15,661 nt of DNA, taken from a virus. The DNA lies in UHGV virus genome UHGV-0232198. One strand, 5' to 3'. Shown here in pieces: positions 1-6,761 of the stretch; position 1 is the first letter of the stretch; every line of letters starts with the position of its first letter. The notes under the pieces were generated by a model. That model made no database searches. It worked only from the letters and a program-made list of their open reading frames with translations, and was not told the origin of the DNA. The position numbers and the translations under genes were made by a program.

Positions 1-1524
1 ACAGGAAGCGTTGATCCACGCCCTGCAGGAAAAGCTGAGCAACCGGGAACGCGAAATAGACCATCTGCAGGCGCAACTGGATAAGCTGCGCCGGATGAAC
101 TTCGGCAGTCGTTCCGAAAAGGTATCCCGCCGTATCGCGCAGATGGAAGCTGACCTGAACCGGCTTCAGCAGGAAAGCGATGCCCTTACCGGTCGGGTTG
201 ATGATCCGGCGGTGCAGCGCCCGCTGCGTCAGACCCGCACCCGTAAACCGTTCCCTGAATCACTCCCCCGTGATGAAAAGCGGTTGTTCCCCACAGAGTC
301 CTGTTGCCCGGAGTGCGGAGGTTCGCTGAGCTACCTGGGTGAGGATGCCGCCGAACAGCTGGAGCTGATGCGCAGCGCCTTCCGGGTTATCCGTACGGTG
401 CGCGAAAAGCATGCCTGTCGTCGGTGCGATCGCATCGTTCAGGCCCCGGCGCCTTCGCGCCCCATCGAGCGGGGTATCGCCGGACCGGGACTGCTGGCCC
501 GTGTACTGGCGTCAAAGTATGCAGAACACACACCGCTGTATCGCCAGTCTGAAATATACGGCCGTCAGGGCGTGGAGCTGAGTCGCTCACTGCTGTCGGG
601 CTGGGTGGATGCGTGTTGTCGTCTGCTGGCACCGCTGGATGAAGCCCTTCAGGCCTATGTACTGACCGATGGCAAACTCCATGCCGACGATACGCCCGTC
701 CCGGTGCTGTTGCCAGGTAATAAGAAGACGAAAACCGGGCGGTTGTGGACGTATGTGCGTGATGACCGCAACGCCGGGTCAGTGCTGGCACCGGCAGTAT
801 GGTTCGCGTACAGCCCGGACAGAAAAGGCATCCATCCTCAGACCCATCTTGCCGGCTTCAGCGGTGTGCTGCAGGCGGATGCCTATGCGGGGTTCAATGA
901 GCTCTACCGTGACGGCCATATAAAGGAAGCCGCATGCTGGGCCCATGCCCGGCGTAAAATCCACGATGTTCACGTTCGCACTCCCTCAGCGCTCACAGAT
1001 GAAGCGCTGAAACGGATCGGCGAGTTGTATGCCATCGAAGCGGATATCAGGGGAATGCCGGCAGAACAGCGGCTTGCCGAACGGCAGTTGAAAACGAAAG
1101 CGCGTCTTAAATCACTGGAAAACTGGCTGCGTGAAAAAGTGAAAACCCTGTCGCGACACTCAGAGCTGGCAAAAGCGTTCACCTATGTACTGAACCAGTG
1201 GCAGGCGTTGACGTACTACGCAGACGACGGCTGGGCTGAAGCAGATAACAACATCGCTGAAAATGCGCTGCGGACGGTCAGTCTGGGACGTAAAAACTGG
1301 CTGTTCTTCGGCTCAGACCACGGTGGTGAGCGGGGAGCGCTGCTGTACAGTCTGATCGGGACGTGCAAACTGAATGGAGTAGATCCAGAACGCTACCTTC
1401 ACCATATCCTTGACGTCATTGCTGACTGGCCGGTAAAGCGGGTTGGTGAACTGCTGCCGTGGCGGGTTACTCTGCCAGCCTGACCAACTTCACTTCGTCA
1501 ATACGGTTCTCGCTATACGCTTAC
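1..1524. mobile_element. IS66-family insertion sequence, 3' portion (left part lies outside the window); right end proposed at 1524
   Basis: Contains a tnpC-like ORF. The top strand ends ...CGCTTAC at 1518-1524, whose reverse complement GTAAGCG is what I recall as the typical IS66-family terminus. The GC-rich IS body changes abruptly to AT-rich sequence after about 1525. Confidence 0.6.
2..1483 (+). CDS. tnpC: IS66-family transposase TnpC, 5'-partial (frame is open from the window start; the track's start at 11 is a TTG)
   Basis: N-terminal heptad/leucine-zipper-like region (LQAQLDKLRRMNFGSRSEK), zinc-finger motif CCPECGG...CRRCDRI, and a long C-terminal DDE-type domain; overall resemblance to IS66 TnpC from memory. 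Confidence 0.8.
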   Translation, partial: QEALIHALQEKLSNREREIDHLQAQLDKLRRMNFGSRSEKVSRRIAQMEADLNRLQQESDALTGRVDDPAVQRPLRQTRTRKPFPESLPRDEKRLFPTESCCPECGGSLSYLGEDAAEQLELMRSAFRVIRTVREKHACRRCDRIVQAPAPSRPIERGIAGPGLLARVLASKYAEHTPLYRQSEIYGRQGVELSRSLLSGWVDACCRLLAPLDEALQAYVLTDGKLHADDTPVPVLLPGNKKTKTGRLWTYVRDDRNAGSVLAPAVWFAYSPDRKGIHPQTHLAGFSGVLQADAYAGFNELYRDGHIKEAACWAHARRKIHDVHVRTPSALTDEALKRIGELYAIEADIRGMPAEQRLAERQLKTKARLKSLENWLREKVKTLSRHSELAKAFTYVLNQWQALTYYADDGWAEADNNIAENALRTVSLGRKNWLFFGSDHGGERGALLYSLIGTCKLNGVDPERYLHHILDVIADWPVKRVGELLPWRVTLPA

Positions 1525-1534
1525 GTTTAATGCT

Positions 1535-1756
1535 ATGCACGACACAATTGGGAATGCTAACGAAAACGGTAATGCCAGAGATGGGCATATCTATGTTATT
1601 GACACCTTTCTTTGGTACATGGCCCGATGCGGTTACACCTTGCAGAAATCAAGGAAAAATGTCGAATTTAAAGATATGCAGGATGACATTGAGCGCAGCA
1701 AAGAATGGCGGCGTGAGGCATTTTCTCGTGTTATTTCAGAACAGCACAAAGTCTAG
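1535..1756 (+). CDS. hypothetical small protein (73 aa); may be untranslated or a remnant next to the IS end
   Basis: ORF in an AT-rich segment directly after the proposed IS end; no convincing Shine-Dalgarno upstream; the frame is open back to the tnpC stop. Confidence 0.3.
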   Translation: MHDTIGNANENGNARDGHIYVIDTFLWYMARCGYTLQKSRKNVEFKDMQDDIERSKEWRREAFSRVISEQHKV

Positions 1757-1770
1757 TGATGGAGAGGAAT

Positions 1771-2079
1771 ATGGACGAATCAAGAAAGAAGTTTGAGGAA
1801 TACGTTGCCAAAAAATTGAAATTACCATTCGAGATGATAACCGAGGCAAGAAATGGTGATAGGTACTTCGCATTTTCAAGCATGGATATTCGTCACTCCT
1901 TAAATGAGTGGTGGACTTTATGGCAGGCATCGCGAGCAGCTATCGAGATTGAGCTGCAAAAGCCAAAGAAAGGCCCACTTCCCGGTGATTATCACATTGG
2001 CTATGACTCAGGTGCAGAATCGCAATACGAAAGCGATGTAGAGGCTATCCGCGCCGCTGGAATCAAAGTGAAGGAGTGA
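1771..2079 (+). CDS. hypothetical protein (about 102 aa from ATG 1771; the track's ORF starts at GTG 1756, with another ATG at 1759)
   Basis: GGAGAGG at 1761-1767 lies just upstream of ATG 1771; AT-rich codon usage differs from the flanking sequence; no recognisable motif. Confidence 0.45.
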   Translation: MDESRKKFEEYVAKKLKLPFEMITEARNGDRYFAFSSMDIRHSLNEWWTLWQASRAAIEIELQKPKKGPLPGDYHIGYDSGAESQYESDVEAIRAAGIKVKE

Positions 2080-2083
2080 GTAT

Positions 2084-2338
2084 ATGCCATTTATAAAATT
2101 AACCATGCAATGCAGCATCTATCAGCCACCAAGCACAGGCGTGATAGAAAGCACCAGAAGTGCATATGAGCCCTTGTACGTTAACTCTGACAACATCGAA
2201 ACCCTATTTGAGGCCGGGATTACGATTGTAAGAATGGCAAGTGGTGAGCGGTTCGATGTTATTGAGAAACCAGAAGCTATTTTGGCGTTAATTAATCCAT
2301 GCGTGCAGAAGGTGAGCAATGAGGAAACTAACGTTTGA
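2084..2338 (+). CDS. hypothetical protein (84 aa)
   Basis: Good RBS AAGGAG at 2071-2076 with 7 nt spacing to ATG 2084; the 3' end overlaps the ninB start by 20 nt. Confidence 0.45.
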   Translation: MPFIKLTMQCSIYQPPSTGVIESTRSAYEPLYVNSDNIETLFEAGITIVRMASGERFDVIEKPEAILALINPCVQKVSNEETNV

Positions 2339-2759
2339 ACTAAGAAGCCCCATTCATCAGCAGAACGCCATTCAAGCTATCCAGCAAATCCTTCCAGACC
2401 CAACAAAACCAATCGTAGTAAGCATTCAGGAACGCAACCGCAGCTTAGACCAGAATCGAAAGCTTTGGGCTTGCCTTGGTGACGTTTCGCGTCAGGTTGA
2501 ATGGCATGGTCGATGGCTGGATGCAGAAAGCTGGAAGTGCGTTTTTACAGCAGCATTAAAGCAGCAGGACGTTGTTCCTAACCTTGCCGGGAATGGTTTT
2601 GTGGTAATAGGCCAGTCAACCAGCAGGATGCGTGTAAGCGAATTTGCGGAGCTATTAGAGCTTATACAGGCATTCGGTACAGAACGTGGCGTTAAGTGGT
2701 CAGACGAAGCGCGACTGGCTCTTGAGTGGAAAGCGAGATGGGGAGATCGGGCAGCATGA
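2319..2759 (+). CDS. ninB: NinB-like protein (lambda NinB/Orf family recombination mediator)
   Basis: 146 aa; N-terminus [50 protein letters not shown] is nearly identical to my recollection of lambda NinB; RBS GGTGA upstream. Confidence 0.9.
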   Translation: MRKLTFELRSPIHQQNAIQAIQQILPDPTKPIVVSIQERNRSLDQNRKLWACLGDVSRQVEWHGRWLDAESWKCVFTAALKQQDVVPNLAGNGFVVIGQSTSRMRVSEFAELLELIQAFGTERGVKWSDEARLALEWKARWGDRAA

Positions 2760-2929
2760 TGCGATGTTATCGGTGCGGTGAATGCAAAGAAGATAACCGC
2801 TTCCGACCAAATCAACCTTACTGGAATCGATGGTGTCTCCGGTGTGAAAGAACACCAACAGGGGTGTTACCACTACCGCAGGAAAAGGAGGACGTGTGGC
2901 GAGACAGCGACGAAGCATTACTCAAATAG
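2756..2929 (+). CDS. ninD: NinD-like small zinc-ribbon protein (57 aa)
   Basis: ATG 2756 overlaps the ninB stop (ATGA); RBS GGGAGA at 2741-2746; two CxxC pairs (CYRCGEC ... WCLRC); position and size match lambda ninD. Confidence 0.6.
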   Translation: MMRCYRCGECKEDNRFRPNQPYWNRWCLRCERTPTGVLPLPQEKEDVWRDSDEALLK

Positions 2930-3072
2930 CGTTAGACAACCTGATTTTTACTCCTACCAAACGCACCAAATCCCGCAAGAAACCAATCCCCACAGAAAGC
3001 CAGGTAAAGACATTCGATTATGTCTACGGGCTGTTACAGGCCAAATGGAACCGCATGAGGAAAACAAGGTGA
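2896..3072 (+). CDS. ninE: NinE-like small basic protein (58 aa, GTG start; absent from the ORF track)
   Basis: Strong RBS AGGAGG at 2886-2891 is 4 nt upstream of GTG 2896; translation (M)[41 protein letters not shown]... resembles lambda NinE as I recall it; its stop overlaps the ninF start (GGTGA). Confidence 0.5.
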   Translation: MARQRRSITQIALDNLIFTPTKRTKSRKKPIPTESQVKTFDYVYGLLQAKWNRMRKTR

Positions 3073-3239
3073 TTGACCCAAATCGAAGTTACGAACAAGA
3101 AAGCGTCGAGCGAGCTTTAACGTGCGCTAACTGCGGTCAGAAGCTGCATGTGCTGGAAGTTCACGTGTGCTCAGATTGCTGCGCAGAACTGATGAGCGAT
3201 CCGAATAGCTCAATGTACGAGGAAGAAGGCGATGAGTGA
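3069..3239 (+). CDS. ninF: NinF-like small Cys-rich protein (56 aa from GTG 3069; alternative ATG at 3045)
   Basis: C-terminal sequence [48 protein letters not shown] matches my recollection of lambda NinF; RBS GAGGA at 3057-3061; this is the last third of the 153-aa track ORF 2778-3239. Confidence 0.6.
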   Translation: MIDPNRSYEQESVERALTCANCGQKLHVLEVHVCSDCCAELMSDPNSSMYEEEGDE

Positions 3240-3450
3240 TTCGTTTAGTAGCTCTGATTATTTGTATTTGGTTTTAGTACCTGTGGCAGAAGTATTCCGC
3301 TCTCGATTTCCTGAAGGCTCAGCACCATTTAATGCCATTAGCACTTACTCAAAATGCAGAGTGAAATTTACAGGTAAGCGGCTGGAAAGAGAGTGGCAGC
3401 AATTCTGCAAAAAACATGACCTAAAAAATGACCCTGAACTGGAGTATTAA
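3232..3450 (+). CDS. hypothetical protein (72 aa) in the nin region
   Basis: ATG overlaps the end of ninF; its stop is immediately followed by the next start (TAAATG); purine-rich RBS GAGGAAGAAGG upstream. Confidence 0.4.
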   Translation: MSDSFSSSDYLYLVLVPVAEVFRSRFPEGSAPFNAISTYSKCRVKFTGKRLEREWQQFCKKHDLKNDPELEY

Positions 3451-3741
3451 ATGGCTAATCTACGCAAAGAAGCGCGCGGCAGAGAATGCCAGGTACGTAT
3501 TTACGGAGTATGCAATGGCAATCCTGAAACTACAGTTCTGGCACATTACCGGATGGCTGGAATTTGCGGAACGGGAATGAAGCCTGACGACCTGATCGGT
3601 GCATGGGCTTGTAGTGCGTGTCACGATGAAATCGACCGACGCACCCATAATCTCGACAACAAAGACGCCAGACTTTACCACCTCGAAGGCGTGATCAGAA
3701 CGCAGGCGATACTGCTGAGGGAGGGGAAGATTAAGTCATGA
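3451..3741 (+). CDS. DUF1364-family Cys/His-rich protein (YbcO-like putative nuclease)
   Basis: 96 aa; motifs RGRECQVRIYGVCNGNPETTVLAH and CSACHDEIDRRTH resemble E. coli DLP12 YbcO from memory. Confidence 0.75.
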   Translation: MANLRKEARGRECQVRIYGVCNGNPETTVLAHYRMAGICGTGMKPDDLIGAWACSACHDEIDRRTHNLDNKDARLYHLEGVIRTQAILLREGKIKS

Positions 3742-4100
3742 ACGAATATCAGTTTGTGCTTCCATACCCGCCGTCGGTGAATACCTACTGGCGAAGACGG
3801 GGAAGCCAATATTACATAAGCGATAAAGGCCAGAAATACCGAAAAGACGTTCAGCAAATCATCCGCCAACTCAAGTTAGACATTTTCACCAAATCACGAC
3901 TCCGTATCAAAGTCATCGCAGACGTTCCAGACTCCCGCCGCCGCGACCTCGACAACATCCTGAAAGGTTTACTCGACTCCCTTATCCACGCCGGATTTGC
4001 GGAAGACGACGAGCAATTCGATGACATTCGCGTAATTCGTGGTGTGAAAGTACCAGGCGGACGGCTTGGAATAAAAATCACCGAACTGGAGAACGCATGA
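3738..4100 (+). CDS. rusA: RusA-type Holliday junction resolvase
   Basis: 120 aa; LPYPPSVNTYW, PDSRRRDLDNILK and GGRLGIKITE match the RusA pattern; ATGA overlap with the upstream gene. Confidence 0.9.
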   Translation: MNEYQFVLPYPPSVNTYWRRRGSQYYISDKGQKYRKDVQQIIRQLKLDIFTKSRLRIKVIADVPDSRRRDLDNILKGLLDSLIHAGFAEDDEQFDDIRVIRGVKVPGGRLGIKITELENA

Positions 4101-4285
4101 ACGCCACAATTCAAACGATACCAGAGCTTCTTATCCAGACACGAGGCAATCAGACCGAAGTGGCGAGGATGCTTTCCTGCGCAAGAGGAACAGTGCTCAA
4201 GTACAACCGAGACAGCAAAGGCGAACGTCACGTAATAGTTAACGGCGTCCTGATGGTCAAACAGGGCAAGAGAGGAAGACGATGA
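4097..4285 (+). CDS. ninH: NinH-like small DNA-binding protein
   Basis: 62 aa; core GNQTEVARMLSCARGTVLKY matches the lambda NinH core (GNQTEVARRLKCSRGTVRKY) as I recall it; ATGA overlaps on both sides. Confidence 0.8.
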   Translation: MNATIQTIPELLIQTRGNQTEVARMLSCARGTVLKYNRDSKGERHVIVNGVLMVKQGKRGRR

Positions 4286-4905
4286 GACTCGAAAGCGTAG
4301 CTAAATTTCATTCGCCAAAAAGCCCGATGATGAGCGACTCACCACGGGCTACGGCTTCTGACTCTCTTTCCGGTACTGATGTGATGGCTGCTATGGGGAT
4401 GGCGCAATCACAAGCCGGATTCGGAATGGCTGCATTCTGCGGTAAGCATGAACTCAGCCAGAACGACAAACAAAAGGCTATCAACTATCTGATGCAATAT
4501 GCACACAAGGTATCGGGGAAATACCGTGGTGTGGCAAAGCTTGAAGGAAATACTAAGGCAAAGGTACTGCAAGTGCTCGCAACATTCGCTTATGCGGATT
4601 ATTGCCGTAGTGCCGCGACGCCGGGGGCAAGATGCAGAGATTGCCACGGTACAGGTCGTGCGGTTGATATAGCCAAAACAGAGCAGTGGGGGAGAGTTGT
4701 CGAGAAAGAATGCGGAAGATGCAAAGGTGTCGGCTATTCAAGAATGCCAGCAAGCGCCGCATATCGCGCTGTGACGATGCTAATCCCAAACCTTACTCAA
4801 CCAACCTGGTCACGCACTGTTAAGCCCCTGTATGACGCTCTGGTGGTGCAATGCCACAAAGAAGAGTCAATCGCAGACAACATTTTGAATGCGGTCACAC
4901 GTTAG
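4282..4905 (+). CDS. Q: Late-gene antiterminator Q (lambda type)
   Basis: 207 aa; near-identical to my recollection of lambda Q, including the Cys4 zinc motif CRDCHGTGRAV...CGRCKGVGYS; followed by a PR'-like promoter. Confidence 0.9.
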   Translation: MRLESVAKFHSPKSPMMSDSPRATASDSLSGTDVMAAMGMAQSQAGFGMAAFCGKHELSQNDKQKAINYLMQYAHKVSGKYRGVAKLEGNTKAKVLQVLATFAYADYCRSAATPGARCRDCHGTGRAVDIAKTEQWGRVVEKECGRCKGVGYSRMPASAAYRAVTMLIPNLTQPTWSRTVKPLYDALVVQCHKEESIADNILNAVTR

Positions 4906-4947
4906 CGGCATGATTGCCACGGATGGCAACATCTTTACGGCATAATA

Positions 4948-4985
4948 TTGACTTATTGAATAAAATTGGGTAAATTTGACTCAAC
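4948..4985 (+). promoter_or_regulatory. PR' late promoter with overlapping qut (Q-utilisation) region
   Basis: TTGACT (4948-4953), 17-bp spacer, TAAATT (4971-4976); the string TTGACTTATTGAATAAAATTGGGTAAATTTGACTCAACGATGG matches lambda PR'/qut as I recall it. Confidence 0.65.
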
Positions 4986-5010
4986 GATGGATAAATGCAC
5001 TCGTTAAATA

Positions 5011-5047
5011 AAGCCCTGAGTTAATAGCTCGGGGCTTTTTGCGTTTT
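5011..5047 (+). terminator. Rho-independent terminator downstream of PR' (tR'-like)
   Basis: AAGCCCTGAG (5011-5020), loop TTAATAG, CTCGGGGCTT (5028-5037) with one G-U wobble, followed by TTTTTGCGTTTT. Confidence 0.6.
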
Positions 5048-5228
5048 AAGCACGACCTTTCTGAAAGCACATCAAACCAAATACCAGACAGACAAAAATA
5101 ATCACCTTATCCGCTGTGGCTACGGTGCGGTGTGCTTTGCATAAAAGAAAACCAGCGCAATGGCTGGCTTCGTGAAAGCGGGTGGCAAGAGGTTGTTGTC
5201 GATTAAAAATAAATACAAGGAGTAGCTT

Positions 5229-5750
5229 ATGCTAAGCGAAACAGCGAAAGATATCGCAGGATATGAAGGTAAATACTCCGTAACTACTGATGGCCGCGTT
5301 TATTCTCATTCGAGAGTTGATTCTCGTGGAAGGTTACAGAAGGGCAGATGGCTTAAGCCTGTTAATCATAGTGATGGTTACTTGTATGTAAATCTCCGCG
5401 ACAAAGGAGCACTTAAAAAACATTACATTCACAGGTTAGTGGCGGCTGCATTCATTGATAATCCAAACTCGCTTCCGCAGGTAAACCACATAAATGGAAT
5501 CAAGTCTGACAACAGAGTAGATAATCTTGAGTGGGTTACTGGCTGCCAGAATATGGTCCATGCAAGCAAGTCAGGATTGCTAAACCCAATCAGTGGTGAG
5601 CGCCACTATTGTGCAAAACTCACTACTGAGCAAGTGAAAGAAATACGTGCGTGCAAATCAATGTCGCAGCGTGAAATGGCGAGAATGTACGGCGTATCAA
5701 AAGCAACAATTGCAGGAATTCTTAACTATAAGACATGGGTTATTTATTAA
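5229..5750 (+). CDS. HNH homing endonuclease (NUMOD4-like N-terminus, HNH core, C-terminal helix-turn-helix)
   Basis: 173 aa; GYEGKYSVTTDGRVYS (NUMOD4-like), HINGIKSDNRVDNLEWVT (HNH H-N-G...N...N-L core), C-terminal TTEQVKEIRACKSMSQREMARMYGVSKATIAGILNYKTW (HTH-like); strong RBS AAGGAG at 5217-5222; AT-rich relative to neighbours. Confidence 0.85.
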   Translation: MLSETAKDIAGYEGKYSVTTDGRVYSHSRVDSRGRLQKGRWLKPVNHSDGYLYVNLRDKGALKKHYIHRLVAAAFIDNPNSLPQVNHINGIKSDNRVDNLEWVTGCQNMVHASKSGLLNPISGERHYCAKLTTEQVKEIRACKSMSQREMARMYGVSKATIAGILNYKTWVIY

Positions 5751-5977
5751 CTAATTAATTAAGAGCTCCCATTACAGGATGCATTTATGAGTGCATCCAT
5801 TAATGGTCGTTAAATGCGATTGATATGGATACTGCGCAAACAGTATCCCTAATGGTCTCCTCGCGACAACTGTGACGAGCAAACAGCGTTACCGCAAAAT
5901 GTAGCCTGGATTTGTTCTATCAGTAATCGACCTTATTCCTAATTAAATAGAGCAAATCCCCTTATTGGGGGTAAGAC

Positions 5978-6301
5978 ATGAAGATGCCAGAAAAACATGA
6001 CCTGTTAGCCGCCATTCTCGCGGCAAAGGAACAAGGCATCGGGGCAATCCTTGCGTTTGCAATGGCGTACCTTCGCGGCAGATATAATGGCGGTGCGTTT
6101 ACAAAAACAGTAATCGACGCAACGATGTGCGCCATTATCGCCTGGTTCATTCGTGACCTTCTCGACTTCGCAGGGCTAAGTAGCAATCTCGCTTATATAA
6201 CGAGCGTGTTCATCGGCTACATCGGTACTGACTCGATTGGTTCGCTTATCAAACGCTTCGCTGCTAAAAAAGCCGGAGTAGAAGATGGTGGAAATCAATA
6301 A
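5978..6301 (+). CDS. S: Class I holin S (lambda type; dual-start S107/S105)
   Basis: 107 aa; [45 protein letters not shown]... is essentially lambda S; three hydrophobic segments; Met1-Lys2-Met3 dual start. Confidence 0.95.
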   Translation: MKMPEKHDLLAAILAAKEQGIGAILAFAMAYLRGRYNGGAFTKTVIDATMCAIIAWFIRDLLDFAGLSSNLAYITSVFIGYIGTDSIGSLIKRFAAKKAGVEDGGNQ

Positions 6302-6761
6302 TCAACGTAAGGCGTTCCTCGATATGCTGGCGTGGTCAGAGGGAACTGATAATGGACGTCAGAAAACCAGAAATCATGGTTATGACGTCATTGTTGGCGG
6401 AGAGCTATTCACTGATTACTCCGATCACCCTCGCAAACTTGTCACGCTAAACCCAAAGCTCAAATCAACAGCCGCCGGACGTTACCAGCTTCTTTCACGT
6501 TGGTGGGATGCCTACCGCAAGCAACTTGGCCTGAAAGACTTCTCTCCCAAAAGCCAGGACGCAGTGGCATTGCAGCAGATTAAAGAGCGTGGCGCTTTAC
6601 CGATGATTGATCGCGGTGATATTCGTCAGGCTATCGACCGTTGCAGCAATATCTGGGCTTCACTTCCGGGCGCTGGTTATGGTCAGTTCGAGCATAAGGC
6701 TGACAGCCTGATTGCAAAATTCAAAGAAGCAGGCGGAACGGTCAGAGAGATTGAGGTATGA
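6285..6761 (+). CDS. R: Endolysin R (lambda-type lytic transglycosylase)
   Basis: 158 aa; [39 protein letters not shown]... matches lambda R; start overlaps the end of S. Confidence 0.95.
   Translation: MVEINNQRKAFLDMLAWSEGTDNGRQKTRNHGYDVIVGGELFTDYSDHPRKLVTLNPKLKSTAAGRYQLLSRWWDAYRKQLGLKDFSPKSQDAVALQQIKERGALPMIDRGDIRQAIDRCSNIWASLPGAGYGQFEHKADSLIAKFKEAGGTVREIEV

Noticed and set aside
387-1182. Minus-strand and alternate-frame ORFs inside tnpC (387-791, 669-923, 779-973, 970-1182)
   Set aside because: They lie wholly within a well-supported transposase gene in GC-rich DNA, where spurious open frames are common; no start signals or motifs.
1443-1796. 117-aa + strand ORF spanning the tnpC end and the IS boundary
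   Set aside because: It crosses the proposed IS terminus in an alternate frame and overlaps better-supported ORFs; probably not coding.
2778-3239. The 153-aa track ORF read as a single gene
   Set aside because: Only the last 56-57 aa resemble a known protein (NinF). The upstream part overlaps NinD and a NinE-like ORF in the other two frames, each with better start signals, so the long ORF is probably an artefact of an open frame.
3232-3450. Interpreting orf72 as a truncated ninG (rap)
   Set aside because: At 72 aa it is far shorter than the roughly 200-aa ninG and I see no similarity to it; the ninG role appears to be taken by the DUF1364-rusA pair. It is kept as a hypothetical protein.
5041-5228. 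Search for tRNA genes or a toxin (stx-like) gene in the Q-S interval
   Set aside because: No tRNA-like T-loop or acceptor-stem signatures and no long ORF other than the HNH gene were seen; the slot holds only the endonuclease.
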